Source: a virus | Taxonomy: Duplodnaviria > Caudoviricetes | Strand: one strand, 5' to 3' | Length of the DNA: 35,017 bases | Virus record (IMG/VR): IMGVR_UViG_3300010005_000003 | Coordinates: 1 to 35,017 of that record | Shown here: positions 1-8,306 of the stretch, piece by piece | Numbering within the stretch: the stretch's first letter is position 1 | How the letters are laid out: each line of letters opens with the position of its first letter | The notes under the pieces: model-generated | Seen by the model: the letters and a program-made list of their open reading frames with translations, nothing else | Told to the model about the DNA's origin: nothing | Databases searched by the model: none | Position numbers and translations under genes: made by a program

Positions 1-2466
1 CGCCTCGAAGAAGAGGCTCGCGGCAAGACAATTGCCCGCTTCCACAAGGAACACTTAGAGGGGACTTTAGGGGAGACCTTTAGTGAAACCTTTATGGGTT
101 CACACCTCCTGAAACAATATTTCATTCCCTACGAAAAGGGTATCTCAGAGTGGCTCTCTAAGGCCAACTCAGGAAGGGCTGGAGCCCGGAACCTGTCTGC
201 GAAGCTGCTGGATGGGATCGACACACCGACGATCACCTTCCTGATGCTCAAGGCGATCCTGAACAAGGTCTGCGTCTATTTCGAGAACAAGCCGTGCTCG
301 CTCACCAGCCTTTGTCTCTATGGCGCCAGCCTCATCCACGACGAGATGCGCCTCAGGGAGTTCGACGAGCTACACGCTAAGCTCTCCAAGCGCATCCACG
401 AGGACTTCAATCAGCGTGAGCTTCCCCGCTACAAGCGTGAGGAGTACATGCAAAGGGAGTTCGCCAAGCAGAACATGGACTGGGCTGTCTGGACGAAGTC
501 GGACATGCTCCACGTCGGCATGGCCCTCCTGGACATCTTCCGTGAAGTCACGGGTGACATCGAAGTGGCCACCACCGGGTCGGGACAGGCGAAGATGGAC
601 ATTGTCCGTCCGTCGCTGGGTCTCATCCAGGCCGTCGAGATGACCGCAGATCACTGCGAGGCTCTCTTTACGACCTACTTCCCCATGGTGATCCCTCCGG
701 TTCCCTGGTCGCTCGATACGCTCGACCGGGGCGGTTACCTGACGCACAACGTGTCTCCCTATCCGCTCGTCAAGAACAGCAAGAAGGCGTACCGCGAAGT
801 GCTCCGCAAGGCTGTCCGCGATGGGACCGTGAGCCGGGTGCTGGCTGGTGTCAACGCCCTCCAGGAGACCGCCTGGAAGGTCAACGAGCGTGTCCTCGAC
901 GTCATGGAGTGGGTCTATGAGCGCAACATCAAGTGCGGCAAGCTGCCCCTGGCTGAAGACATAGAGCCCGATCCACCGCCGATGTCCCTTGAGGGCCTCG
1001 ACCGGGATGACCCGAGGGTGAAGGAGTACCGGGCGCATTGCTTCAAGATCCACGAACACAACCGCCGCATCGTCGGCAAGCGCGTGATGGCCTCCAGGTC
1101 ATTCTCCATAGCTCGCAAGATGGCCAAGTATGGCGCCATCTACTTTCCTCACGATCTCGACAGCCGAGGCAGGGCATACCCCAGGACCTCGGCCCTTCAC
1201 CCGCAAGGACCGGACTATGTCAAAGGCCTCCTTCAGTTTGCGAAAGGCAAACGTCTCGGCACAGAAGGCCGCTACTGGCTGGGTGTGCACGGAGCTAATT
1301 GTTATGGGGAAGACAAGCTACCTCTGGACGAACGCTTCGCATGGGCTGTCAATCATCTCGACCTCGCCCGACGTGTGGCCCAAGACCCCCGGAAAAATGC
1401 TTCCGAATGGACGAAAGCAGATAACCCTGCTCAATTCCTTGCTTGGTGCTACGATTGGGCCGAAGCCCACGCGACCGACCGCCCCGAGGATCATATAAGC
1501 CACCTCCATGTGGACCTCGACGCAACCTGCTCGGGCCTCCAGCACTTCTCGGCAATGCTCCGCGATGCGGTGGGCGGCTTCCACGTCAACATGACGCCCA
1601 ACAAGGTGCGCCAGGACGTCTACGGCGCCGTCGCCACGGAAGCCCTGAAACTCATCGAGATGGACGCCAAGAGCCGCTCGGACACCGCCCAGGTGGCCCA
1701 GGCGTGGCAAAGCTTCGGGGTCTCCAGGAGCATCGCCAAGCGGCCCGTCATGGTGAAGCCCTACGCTGGCACCCGTCAGTCCTGCACCACCTACGTGGCC
1801 GACAGCGTCAACGAGATGCTCGACGACGGACACCCGATGCCCTGGCCCAAGAAGGAGCTTTGGGACTTCAAGGTGTACGGCTCGGGCAAGATCTGGGAGG
1901 CGATCCCCAAGGTCGTGGTGGCCGCTGATGGCGCCATGAAGTGGCTCTCGACGATCTCCCGGCTGGTCGGCAAGTCTCAGCCCGAGATCAAGCGGATCGA
2001 GTGGACAACCCCGCTCGGCTTCCCGGTCCACCAGTACAAGTTCGACGTGGTCTCCCGCAGGGTCAAGACCAAATTCGACGGGGCGATCATCAAGCCCCGC
2101 CTGACGGAGGATGGCGACAACCTGGATGCCCGAAAGATGGCCTCCTCGGTGGCCCCTTCGTTCGTCCACAGCCTCGACGCATGTCACCTCCAGGCCACCA
2201 TAGCGGCGGCTCGGGAAGAGGGCATGACGGATTTCGCGGCTGTTCATGACAGCTTCGGGGTTCACGCCTGTGACATCCCCAAGTTCACCCGGATCATCCG
2301 CGAGCAATTCGTGAAGATGTATTCCGAGCACGATGTGCTGAGCGAGTTCCTTGAGAGCGCTCTGCCGCTGATCGCTGAGGAGTTCCGAAAGGATATTCCC
2401 CCGGTGCCAGCAAAGGGTTCCCTGGATCTCCAGGGCATCCTTGAGAATGAGTTTTTCTTTAGCTAA
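1..2466 (+). CDS. gp1: T7-like single-subunit DNA-directed RNA polymerase (5' end truncated by the window edge)
   Basis: Frame is open from base 1. Motifs DSRGRAYP, DATCSGLQH (motif A), KRPVMVKPY (motif B), VHDSF (motif C), and C-terminal FFFS (T7 has FAFA). Confidence 0.98.
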   Translation, partial: RLEEEARGKTIARFHKEHLEGTLGETFSETFMGSHLLKQYFIPYEKGISEWLSKANSGRAGARNLSAKLLDGIDTPTITFLMLKAILNKVCVYFENKPCSLTSLCLYGASLIHDEMRLREFDELHAKLSKRIHEDFNQRELPRYKREEYMQREFAKQNMDWAVWTKSDMLHVGMALLDIFREVTGDIEVATTGSGQAKMDIVRPSLGLIQAVEMTADHCEALFTTYFPMVIPPVPWSLDTLDRGGYLTHNVSPYPLVKNSKKAYREVLRKAVRDGTVSRVLAGVNALQETAWKVNERVLDVMEWVYERNIKCGKLPLAEDIEPDPPPMSLEGLDRDDPRVKEYRAHCFKIHEHNRRIVGKRVMASRSFSIARKMAKYGAIYFPHDLDSRGRAYPRTSALHPQGPDYVKGLLQFAKGKRLGTEGRYWLGVHGANCYGEDKLPLDERFAWAVNHLDLARRVAQDPRKNASEWTKADNPAQFLAWCYDWAEAHATDRPEDHISHLHVDLDATCSGLQHFSAMLRDAVGGFHVNMTPNKVRQDVYGAVATEALKLIEMDAKSRSDTAQVAQAWQSFGVSRSIAKRPVMVKPYAGTRQSCTTYVADSVNEMLDDGHPMPWPKKELWDFKVYGSGKIWEAIPKVVVAADGAMKWLSTISRLVGKSQPEIKRIEWTTPLGFPVHQYKFDVVSRRVKTKFDGAIIKPRLTEDGDNLDARKMASSVAPSFVHSLDACHLQATIAAAREEGMTDFAAVHDSFGVHACDIPKFTRIIREQFVKMYSEHDVLSEFLESALPLIAEEFRKDIPPVPAKGSLDLQGILENEFFFS

Positions 2467-2469
2467 ACA

Positions 2470-2490
2470 CCTTCGATAACGAAGAGGAAA
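2470..2490 (+). repeat. 21-bp direct repeat, copy 1 (CCTTCGATAACGAAGAGGAAA): palindrome plus RBS
   Basis: Exact match to 3121-3141. Contains CTTCG-N4-CGAAG overlapping a GAGG Shine-Dalgarno. Confidence 0.9.
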
Positions 2491-2496
2491 TGAAAA

Positions 2497-3099
2497 ATGA
2501 TGGACTTTCAAAAAGGCGACCGCGTCGAGCGCACCACCGTGCAGAACGGGCCTGATGTTCCGGTGGGTTCGAAAGGGACGGTCATTGGGAAACAGTACGG
2601 CCTGACCGTTGTCGCTTGGGACGGGGGGCCGCGCCACAATCGCAACATGCCCCGCCACCTCAAGAAGATTGCCGACGCGCCGCGCATCAAGGTCGGTGAC
2701 CGCGTCGTCTTCCGGAACTACAAGTTCGGCAGGGATTGCTGCGGCACCGTCTCCCGGATCAACGGCCAATGTGTGTGGGCCGAAAACTGGTCTGTCGGCA
2801 GCCGCAAAGGCTTCCTTATGATGGAAGACCTCGAAGTGATCGAAGAGCCGAAGCCGTTCGCCAAGCCCCAGGTTGCCCCCAAGCCGAACAACTCCGGTTC
2901 CTATATCGTGGCCCTCGAAGACGAGGACGGGCTGCATCCCAACAAGAACCCCAAGGTTCACCACGACAGCGGCGTGGCACTGCTCGAAGCCGAGCGGCTC
3001 GCCAAGAAGCACGGCGGCAAGTTCGTCGTCCTGAAGCGTATGGCCCACGCCGAGAGGCCCCCGGTGATCATCCCGGAGACGACACTGGTCGTCTATTGA
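2497..3099 (+). CDS. Hypothetical protein with two SH3/KOW-like repeats and a C-terminal 'EAERLA' phage domain
   Basis: GAGG RBS and phage-like codon usage. Repeated FQKGDRV / IKVGDRV starts. Confidence 0.85.
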   Translation: MMDFQKGDRVERTTVQNGPDVPVGSKGTVIGKQYGLTVVAWDGGPRHNRNMPRHLKKIADAPRIKVGDRVVFRNYKFGRDCCGTVSRINGQCVWAENWSVGSRKGFLMMEDLEVIEEPKPFAKPQVAPKPNNSGSYIVALEDEDGLHPNKNPKVHHDSGVALLEAERLAKKHGGKFVVLKRMAHAERPPVIIPETTLVVY

Positions 3100-3120
3100 G
3101 ATCACACCTTTAACTGAATG

Positions 3121-3141
3121 CCTTCGATAACGAAGAGGAAA
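3121..3141 (+). repeat. 21-bp direct repeat, copy 2: palindrome plus RBS
   Basis: Exact match to 2470-2490. Confidence 0.9.
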
Positions 3142-3146
3142 CAGAA

Positions 3147-3455
3147 TTGATCAACATCATCATCCGCCTTGCCATCGCCTCGGGGCTCCTGAAGCCGACC
3201 ACCGACATGATCATCGGCGGCATCGCCAAGTCCATCGACAGCCTCACCAAGGTCTCCGAGAAGCACCAGAAGGTGCACGACAAGGCCGAGGCTGAAGCAG
3301 CCGCCGCCGAGACCCGCCGTCTGGACGCGATCCGCAGGGCCAACGAGCGCAAGGAAGCCCAGCACGAGGCTGCCAAGACCAAGGCCGCGAAGGCCCGTGA
3401 AGAGTTCACCAAGGCCGAGCGCGTCAAGCAGAAGCTGGCCGACCTGATCTCGTAA
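3147..3455 (+). CDS. Hypothetical coiled-coil protein (TTG start)
   Basis: GAGG RBS, Ala/Lys/Glu-rich helix, GC3-biased codons. Confidence 0.85.
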   Translation: MINIIIRLAIASGLLKPTTDMIIGGIAKSIDSLTKVSEKHQKVHDKAEAEAAAAETRRLDAIRRANERKEAQHEAAKTKAAKAREEFTKAERVKQKLADLIS

Positions 3456-3461
3456 TTCTCA

Positions 3462-3477
3462 GGCCCCTGCGGGGGCC
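3462..3477 (+). other. GC-rich intergenic hairpin without U-tract
   Basis: GGCCCC-TGCG-GGGGCC just after the stop codon. Confidence 0.6.
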
Positions 3478-3527
3478 ACCCTCCCAGAACTCCCCAAGAA
3501 AACAAAAGACTACCAAAAGGAAATACC

Positions 3528-3767
3528 ATGAACGCCACTGCTCGCATGAAGTCCATCCGCGCCAACGCCGGTTACGTTGCTTCCTCCGTCCACTACAACC
3601 GCCGCAAGTTCGACAAGCAGTACGAAGTCGTCGCCCGTCTCTATGACGCCCAGGTGGACGAACTCGGCCTGAACATTGGCGGCGAGGTGGTCCTCGACGT
3701 CCGCGCTGACCGCGAAGACGCTCTGGCCTCCGTGCGGTTCTTCCGTGGCCAGGAAGTCGCTCGATGA
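3528..3767 (+). CDS. Hypothetical protein
   Basis: AAGGA RBS; ATGA overlap with the next gene. Confidence 0.85.
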   Translation: MNATARMKSIRANAGYVASSVHYNRRKFDKQYEVVARLYDAQVDELGLNIGGEVVLDVRADREDALASVRFFRGQEVAR

Positions 3768-4018
3768 TCTTCAAGCGCCGCTGCCCCGAATGCGCCGGGT
3801 CCTTCTACACGGACACCGAGGCGCCCAGCACCCACTGCCAGTCTTGCACCGGCACCCACGACGACGCGGAGCAGAAGCGCCGCGATGCGTCCCTGATCGA
3901 ACAGGCGAGCGCCGCACACGTCACTGCGGCTCCCCAGAGTGTTGACCCCCGGGCTGGCTACGACACCTCGAAGCGGCCCCGCAAGCGCAAGGCTGCTCAG
4001 GATGCACCGGAAGTATAA
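3764..4018 (+). CDS. Putative zinc-ribbon protein
   Basis: CPEC...CQSC; translationally coupled to the upstream gene. Confidence 0.75.
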   Translation: MIFKRRCPECAGSFYTDTEAPSTHCQSCTGTHDDAEQKRRDASLIEQASAAHVTAAPQSVDPRAGYDTSKRPRKRKAAQDAPEV

Positions 4019-4025
4019 CCCCCTG

Positions 4026-4196
4026 ATGATCTCAGATCTACTCGACGCTGACTTCGATGATCTTGAAGAAAGCTTCGCCGCTCACTTCGCGGACGATTTC
4101 ATCACCAACGAAACTGGGAGGCGGGTTCGTCCCGCTCCCCTCTCTGACGACCTCATCGGCACCTCAAGGCGCCACACCTCCACCTACAAAGGCTAA
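4026..4196 (+). CDS. Small hypothetical protein with acidic N-terminus
   Basis: ATG at 4026 in the 3939..4196 frame (MISDLLDADFDDLEES...). Fills the gap up to SSB. Confidence 0.5.
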   Translation: MISDLLDADFDDLEESFAAHFADDFITNETGRRVRPAPLSDDLIGTSRRHTSTYKG

Positions 4197-4198
4197 CA

Positions 4199-4813
4199 TT
4201 GGCCAAGAACGAAACGATCACCCTCCCGAAGGGTATTGCGGTATTCCCCGCGCTCTGCCGACCGGACACCAAGTACCACGACCTCGGCACCTACAAGGCC
4301 AACACCCGGGTGCCCCTGGCTGAAGCCGAAGCGACCATCAAGAAGCTTCAGGTTGTCGCCAAGGCGTGGACCGGCAAGGCCTTCCCGAAGGCCAAGAACC
4401 CGCTCTGGGAAATGGAGATTGACCGAGAGACCGGCGAAGAGACCGGCTTCGTGATCTTCAAGGCCTCGGTGAAGAACCGACAGGGCAAGGAAGGCAAGCT
4501 CTGGGACCGCCGTCCGCTGCTGATCGACAGCAAGAAGAAGAAGCTCCCCGGCGAGACCAACCCCTGGGGCGGCACCGAGTACCGCGTCAAGGCTGAGATC
4601 TATTGCTCCGAGTTCGGCGGCAAGAAGTCCGTGTCTCTCCAACCGACCGTCGTCCAGATCATCAACCTCAAGTCCGGCCAGGGCGTCGAGGAAGATCTGT
4701 CTGACTTCGACGAGGAAGACGGCTTCGAGGGCTCCACCGACCCGCGTCTGAGCGACGACGACTTCGACGATGACACTGGTGGCGACACCAGCGGCGCGGA
4801 TGAAGAGTATTGA
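4199..4813 (+). CDS. gp2.5: Single-stranded DNA-binding protein (T7 gp2.5-like)
   Basis: TPKG-like start (ITLPKG..FP.L..PDTKY), VSLQPTVVQIINL, acidic tail ending in an aromatic residue, synteny. Confidence 0.93.
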   Translation: MAKNETITLPKGIAVFPALCRPDTKYHDLGTYKANTRVPLAEAEATIKKLQVVAKAWTGKAFPKAKNPLWEMEIDRETGEETGFVIFKASVKNRQGKEGKLWDRRPLLIDSKKKKLPGETNPWGGTEYRVKAEIYCSEFGGKKSVSLQPTVVQIINLKSGQGVEEDLSDFDEEDGFEGSTDPRLSDDDFDDDTGGDTSGADEEY

Positions 4814-5195
4814 TCCGAACAGCTACCGCTCTGGTTTAGAGCGCAACATGGCCCGTCAGCTTCGGTTGGCGGGTCGTGACTTTCGGTACGAGGCGGTCAA
4901 GATCGACTACCTCAAGCCAGCGAAGAAGGCGAAGTATAATCCGGACTTCACCATCACCAAGAGTGATGGCTCGATAATGTATGTCGAGACGAAGGGCCGG
5001 TTCCTCACGGAAGATCGCCAGAAGCACCTCTTGATACGACAGCAACACCCCGAGTTGGACATCCGGTTCATCTTCCAGAACGCTCACGCGAAGATCGGAA
5101 AAACTTCGAAGACCACGTATGCCAAATGGTGTGACGACAAGGGCTTCAAGTGGGCCGACAAGGGGATCATTCCGAAAGCATGGCTTGATGAATGA
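4800..5195 (+). CDS. gp3: Endonuclease I / Holliday junction resolvase (T7 gp3-like)
   Basis: YRSGLE, YNPDF, VETKGRF, HPELDIRFIF, TTYAKWC. Confidence 0.96.
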   Translation: MKSIDPNSYRSGLERNMARQLRLAGRDFRYEAVKIDYLKPAKKAKYNPDFTITKSDGSIMYVETKGRFLTEDRQKHLLIRQQHPELDIRFIFQNAHAKIGKTSKTTYAKWCDDKGFKWADKGIIPKAWLDE

Positions 5196-5679
5196 CGACA
5201 GTATGCGGCGCGAGGATGGCTCGTGGGACCTCCACAAGCTGATCCATGCGCTGATCCCAACGCACGAACAGTTCCTCATGTTTGAGGTCGCCAGGATCGC
5301 CCCAAGGGGCCTTCAGGACCTCCTCGTGATGCTGTGGCAGCAGCGCTTGGTCTACGACAAGCTCCTCGCTGAGCACCTCAAGCTCAAGCAGGACATCTAC
5401 GACAACTCCCCGGCGCCGCAACTCATGGCCCAGATGTACTACGAAGGCGAGGCCTACGAGAAACCCTGGGAAATGAAGAAGAGTTATCGGCTCGACTGGA
5501 AGCCGAAGATGACCGGCTTCATTGAAATCCCCTCCCAGACCTTCGAGCAGACCCGCGACCGCCATGAGTGTTTCAGGGTGATCGTCGAGCAGATGGTCGA
5601 GGCCTTCAAGCGCGAGGCCGAGAGAGCCATCCCCCGAGAAATGCACCGCATCTTCACCCAAGCGAACCCAATTGGATGA
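5188..5679 (+). CDS. Hypothetical protein
   Basis: Overlaps the gp3 stop and gp4 start, typical codon usage. No amidase motifs although it sits at the T7 gp3.5 position. Confidence 0.8.
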   Translation: MNDDSMRREDGSWDLHKLIHALIPTHEQFLMFEVARIAPRGLQDLLVMLWQQRLVYDKLLAEHLKLKQDIYDNSPAPQLMAQMYYEGEAYEKPWEMKKSYRLDWKPKMTGFIEIPSQTFEQTRDRHECFRVIVEQMVEAFKREAERAIPREMHRIFTQANPIG

Positions 5680-7363
5680 CACCAACGAGAGGGCAATCCT
5701 GACGCATCAGCCCTGCCCATCCTGTGGGTCCACCGATGCGCTCTCTGTCTACCCCGACCACACCTATTGTTTCTCCTGCGAGACCCGTGGGGACGCCGAG
5801 GGCTTCGAAGCAGTCGGCACCGGCAGCAAGCTGTCCGAGGACTTCTACCGCCTGGAATACGCAGCGATCCCCGCGAGGAGCATCACTGAGGAAACCGCCC
5901 GGTTCTGGTCCTACGGCTTCGCTCAGTACCACGGCAAGAAGACCCACTGCGCCCAGTACCTCGACGACAACCGAACGGTGGTCGCCCAGAAGTTCCGGAC
6001 CCGCGACAAGCAGTTCCCCTGGATCAACCGCAGGGCCTTCACGGGGCTCTATGGGCAGTGGCTGTGGCGCCGTGGCGGCAAGCAAGTGGTGATCACCGAG
6101 GGTGAAATCGACGCCATGTCGGTCTCCCAGGTGCAGAACCACAAGTGGCCCGTCGTGTCCGTCTGCGATGGCGGCGGCAAGAACGCCGTGAACAACATCA
6201 AGGAAGCCTACGAGTGGCTCTCGACGTTCGACAAGATCATCCTGTTCTTCGACAACGACGAGAAGGGCAGGGCGTCTGTCGATCTCCTCAAGAAGCTCCT
6301 GCCGGTCGGCAAGGTCTACATCGCCTTCACCCCTGAGGGCTACAAGGACCCCAACGACCTCCTGATGGCTGGCAAAGGCAAGGCCATCATCGACGCGATC
6401 TGGGAAGCGAAGCAGTGGGTTCCCGCTGGCATCGTGACGGGCTCGAAGATCATCGAGCGGCTCAAGAACCGGCCCCCGGTGACGAGCTATCCGTACCCCG
6501 ACATCATGCCCGAGTTGAACCGCAAGGTGCTCGGGATACGCCTGGGGGAACTCGATACGTGGACGTCAGGCACCGGCATGGGCAAGACGACCATCATCAA
6601 GGCCCTCCAGAACCACTTCTTCCACACCACTGATTTCAATCAGGCCCTCATCCACCTTGAGGAGCCCCTGGAGGATACCGGCGATGACCTCATTGCCTAT
6701 GAAGTTGGCCGACGTTTCCAGGTGGAGCTTCCCAGCGATGGGGAGACCGCCTTCCGAGATACCCCCGAGTACCTCGCCGCCGCTGAAGCGCTCTTTCTGG
6801 CAACAGATGCAGAGGGTCACAGTCGTCTCCAGCTTTATGACGCATTTGGCTCGCTTGAAGACGACAGCCTTTACCAGACCATCCGGTATCTCGCGATGGC
6901 CTGCGGGGTCAAAGTCTTCTGGCTCGACCACCTTTCGATCCTGGTCTCAGACGGTAAGGAGGACGATGAACGAAAGCGCATCGACGCCATCATGCACAAC
7001 CTCAAGAGCCTGACCGTGGAACTCAACATCTACATCGGGCTCATCTCTCACCTCAGGAAACCCCCAGGAAATGGCAAGAGCTTTGAGCAGGGCGCTGTCC
7101 CTAGCTTGGACGATCTGCGTGGCTCTGGTGGCATCAAGCAGCTTAGCAATGGCGTCTATGCCATCTCGCGAAATCAGCAAGATCCCAACCCAGTTGCTCG
7201 CAATACTTCCACCATCACGGTCCTCAAGTGCCGCAAAACGGGCCGCACTGGAACCGCCGATCATCTGACATTCGAAGACGACACTGGCCGGATTGTCGCC
7301 GGGGTTGACCCCAACTCCTTCGACGACTTCGACGACGAGGCACCCTCCGATGTCGGATACTGA
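5672..7363 (+). CDS. gp4: DNA primase/helicase (T7 gp4-like)
   Basis: Zn finger CPSC..CFSC, TOPRIM EGEIDA / FDND, Walker A SGTGMGKTT, LDHL, SHLRK, LRGSG. Confidence 0.98.
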   Translation: MDDTNERAILTHQPCPSCGSTDALSVYPDHTYCFSCETRGDAEGFEAVGTGSKLSEDFYRLEYAAIPARSITEETARFWSYGFAQYHGKKTHCAQYLDDNRTVVAQKFRTRDKQFPWINRRAFTGLYGQWLWRRGGKQVVITEGEIDAMSVSQVQNHKWPVVSVCDGGGKNAVNNIKEAYEWLSTFDKIILFFDNDEKGRASVDLLKKLLPVGKVYIAFTPEGYKDPNDLLMAGKGKAIIDAIWEAKQWVPAGIVTGSKIIERLKNRPPVTSYPYPDIMPELNRKVLGIRLGELDTWTSGTGMGKTTIIKALQNHFFHTTDFNQALIHLEEPLEDTGDDLIAYEVGRRFQVELPSDGETAFRDTPEYLAAAEALFLATDAEGHSRLQLYDAFGSLEDDSLYQTIRYLAMACGVKVFWLDHLSILVSDGKEDDERKRIDAIMHNLKSLTVELNIYIGLISHLRKPPGNGKSFEQGAVPSLDDLRGSGGIKQLSNGVYAISRNQQDPNPVARNTSTITVLKCRKTGRTGTADHLTFEDDTGRIVAGVDPNSFDDFDDEAPSDVGY

Positions 7364-7718
7364 CCAGATCTTCGAACGTGCCGAGGTCCTCGCATGGGGC
7401 GCCACCGAGCACGAAGAACTCATCCCCAACTACATCGCAGCAACCAAAGAAGCCCGGGCCCTAGAGGGTGCCCCGGGATGGAAAGGAAAGCGTGGCATGA
7501 CCCAGGTCGAAATGATCCTGAACCACATCATGAAGAACGGCTCGATCACCCAGCGTGAGGCCTATATCGATTACGGCATCCAGTCGTTCCATCGGCGCCT
7601 CACCGACCTCAAGCAGGAGGGGTTCACCCTGATCGGTCGCCCCAGTCGCCACCCGGTGACCAAGCAGGAATACACCCGCTACTACCTCCCCGAGACGCTC
7701 CCGAAGGAGGCCGCATGA
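7350..7718 (+). CDS. Putative winged helix-turn-helix DNA-binding protein
   Basis: C-terminal TQVEMILNH..GSITQREA...YGI.SFHRRLTDLKQEG pattern typical of small phage HTH proteins. Confidence 0.8.
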   Translation: MSDTDQIFERAEVLAWGATEHEELIPNYIAATKEARALEGAPGWKGKRGMTQVEMILNHIMKNGSITQREAYIDYGIQSFHRRLTDLKQEGFTLIGRPSRHPVTKQEYTRYYLPETLPKEAA

Positions 7719-7810
7719 GCATCCTAGAGGCGGTCTTCACCGCGCTCGTCTTCGGCCTCGTCTGGTGGGTCCTGGTCCGCTCTCTGCATCCCGACAGGCT
7801 GGTTGAGTGA
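7715..7810 (+). CDS. 31-aa single-pass membrane protein (not in the ORF track)
   Basis: AAGGAGG RBS and ATGA overlap. MSILEAVFTALVFGLVWWVLVRSLHPDRLVE. Confidence 0.75.
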   Translation: MSILEAVFTALVFGLVWWVLVRSLHPDRLVE

Positions 7811-7965
7811 ACCCCGACGATCACACGCGAAACGACATCCCAGGCAATATCAGGGTCTCCCGAAAGGGGGACCTTCTTGTTTTGACAACCCGCCTCGCGA
7901 CCATCCAGGTGCCCATGAAGAGGGCCAAGGAACTCGCCCAGGCTATCCTAGAGGTTTCCCAATGA
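7807..7965 (+). CDS. 52-aa hypothetical protein (not in the ORF track)
   Basis: GTGA overlap at the start and ATGA overlap at the end. MNPDDHTRNDIPGNIRVSRKGDLLVLTTRLATIQVPMKRAKELAQAILEVSQ. Confidence 0.65.
   Translation: MNPDDHTRNDIPGNIRVSRKGDLLVLTTRLATIQVPMKRAKELAQAILEVSQ
7852..7883 (+). terminator. Possible intrinsic terminator inside the 52-aa ORF
   Basis: AGGGTCTCCC-GAAA-GGGGGACCTT stem-loop followed by CTTGTTTT. Confidence 0.5.
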
Positions 7966-8306
7966 AGATCGGCATCATCGCCACGCTTCTCGCCGCCACC
8001 CTGGCACTCGCCTCCTGCAACGACCCGAACAGCCCTGGTCCCCAGCCCGACGAAGACTGCGAACTGGAGAAGAAGAAGATCAGCATGGTCGAACCCATGC
8101 CCAACTTCATCCATCAGGCTGGCGCCGTGGTGGTCGCCCGACCGGCCATCGTCTCCCGCCCTGTGATCACCTCACGCTCGACCAGTCGGTCATCCAGCCG
8201 CTCCTGGTCTTCCCGCTCGAAGTCCTCGACGTACCGCAGCAAGCCCTCCGTCAAGGTGCCCTATGCGGCGCCGACCGGCTACCGCTGGGTCTGGGACTGC
8301 GACTGA
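7962..8306 (+). CDS. Putative lipoprotein with Ser/Arg-rich region
   Basis: GAGGT RBS. Signal peptide II MKIGIIATLLAATLALAS-C (lipobox LASC). Confidence 0.85.
   Translation: MKIGIIATLLAATLALASCNDPNSPGPQPDEDCELEKKKISMVEPMPNFIHQAGAVVVARPAIVSRPVITSRSTSRSSSRSWSSRSKSSTYRSKPSVKVPYAAPTGYRWVWDCD

Noticed and set aside
94-96. ATG at 94 as the RNAP start
   Set aside because: The frame is open from base 1 with RNAP-like sequence, so the true start is upstream of the window.
1318-3105. 595-aa minus-strand ORF (also 17428-18831, 22791-24038, 30357-31610, 33223-34371)
   Set aside because: These are antisense shadows of genes with G/C-ending codons. They have no motifs, and T7-like genomes are transcribed from one strand.
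7803-7961. N-terminal extension of the lipoprotein ORF
   Set aside because: The signal peptide and RBS place the start at 7962. The region is better explained by the 7807-7965 ORF.
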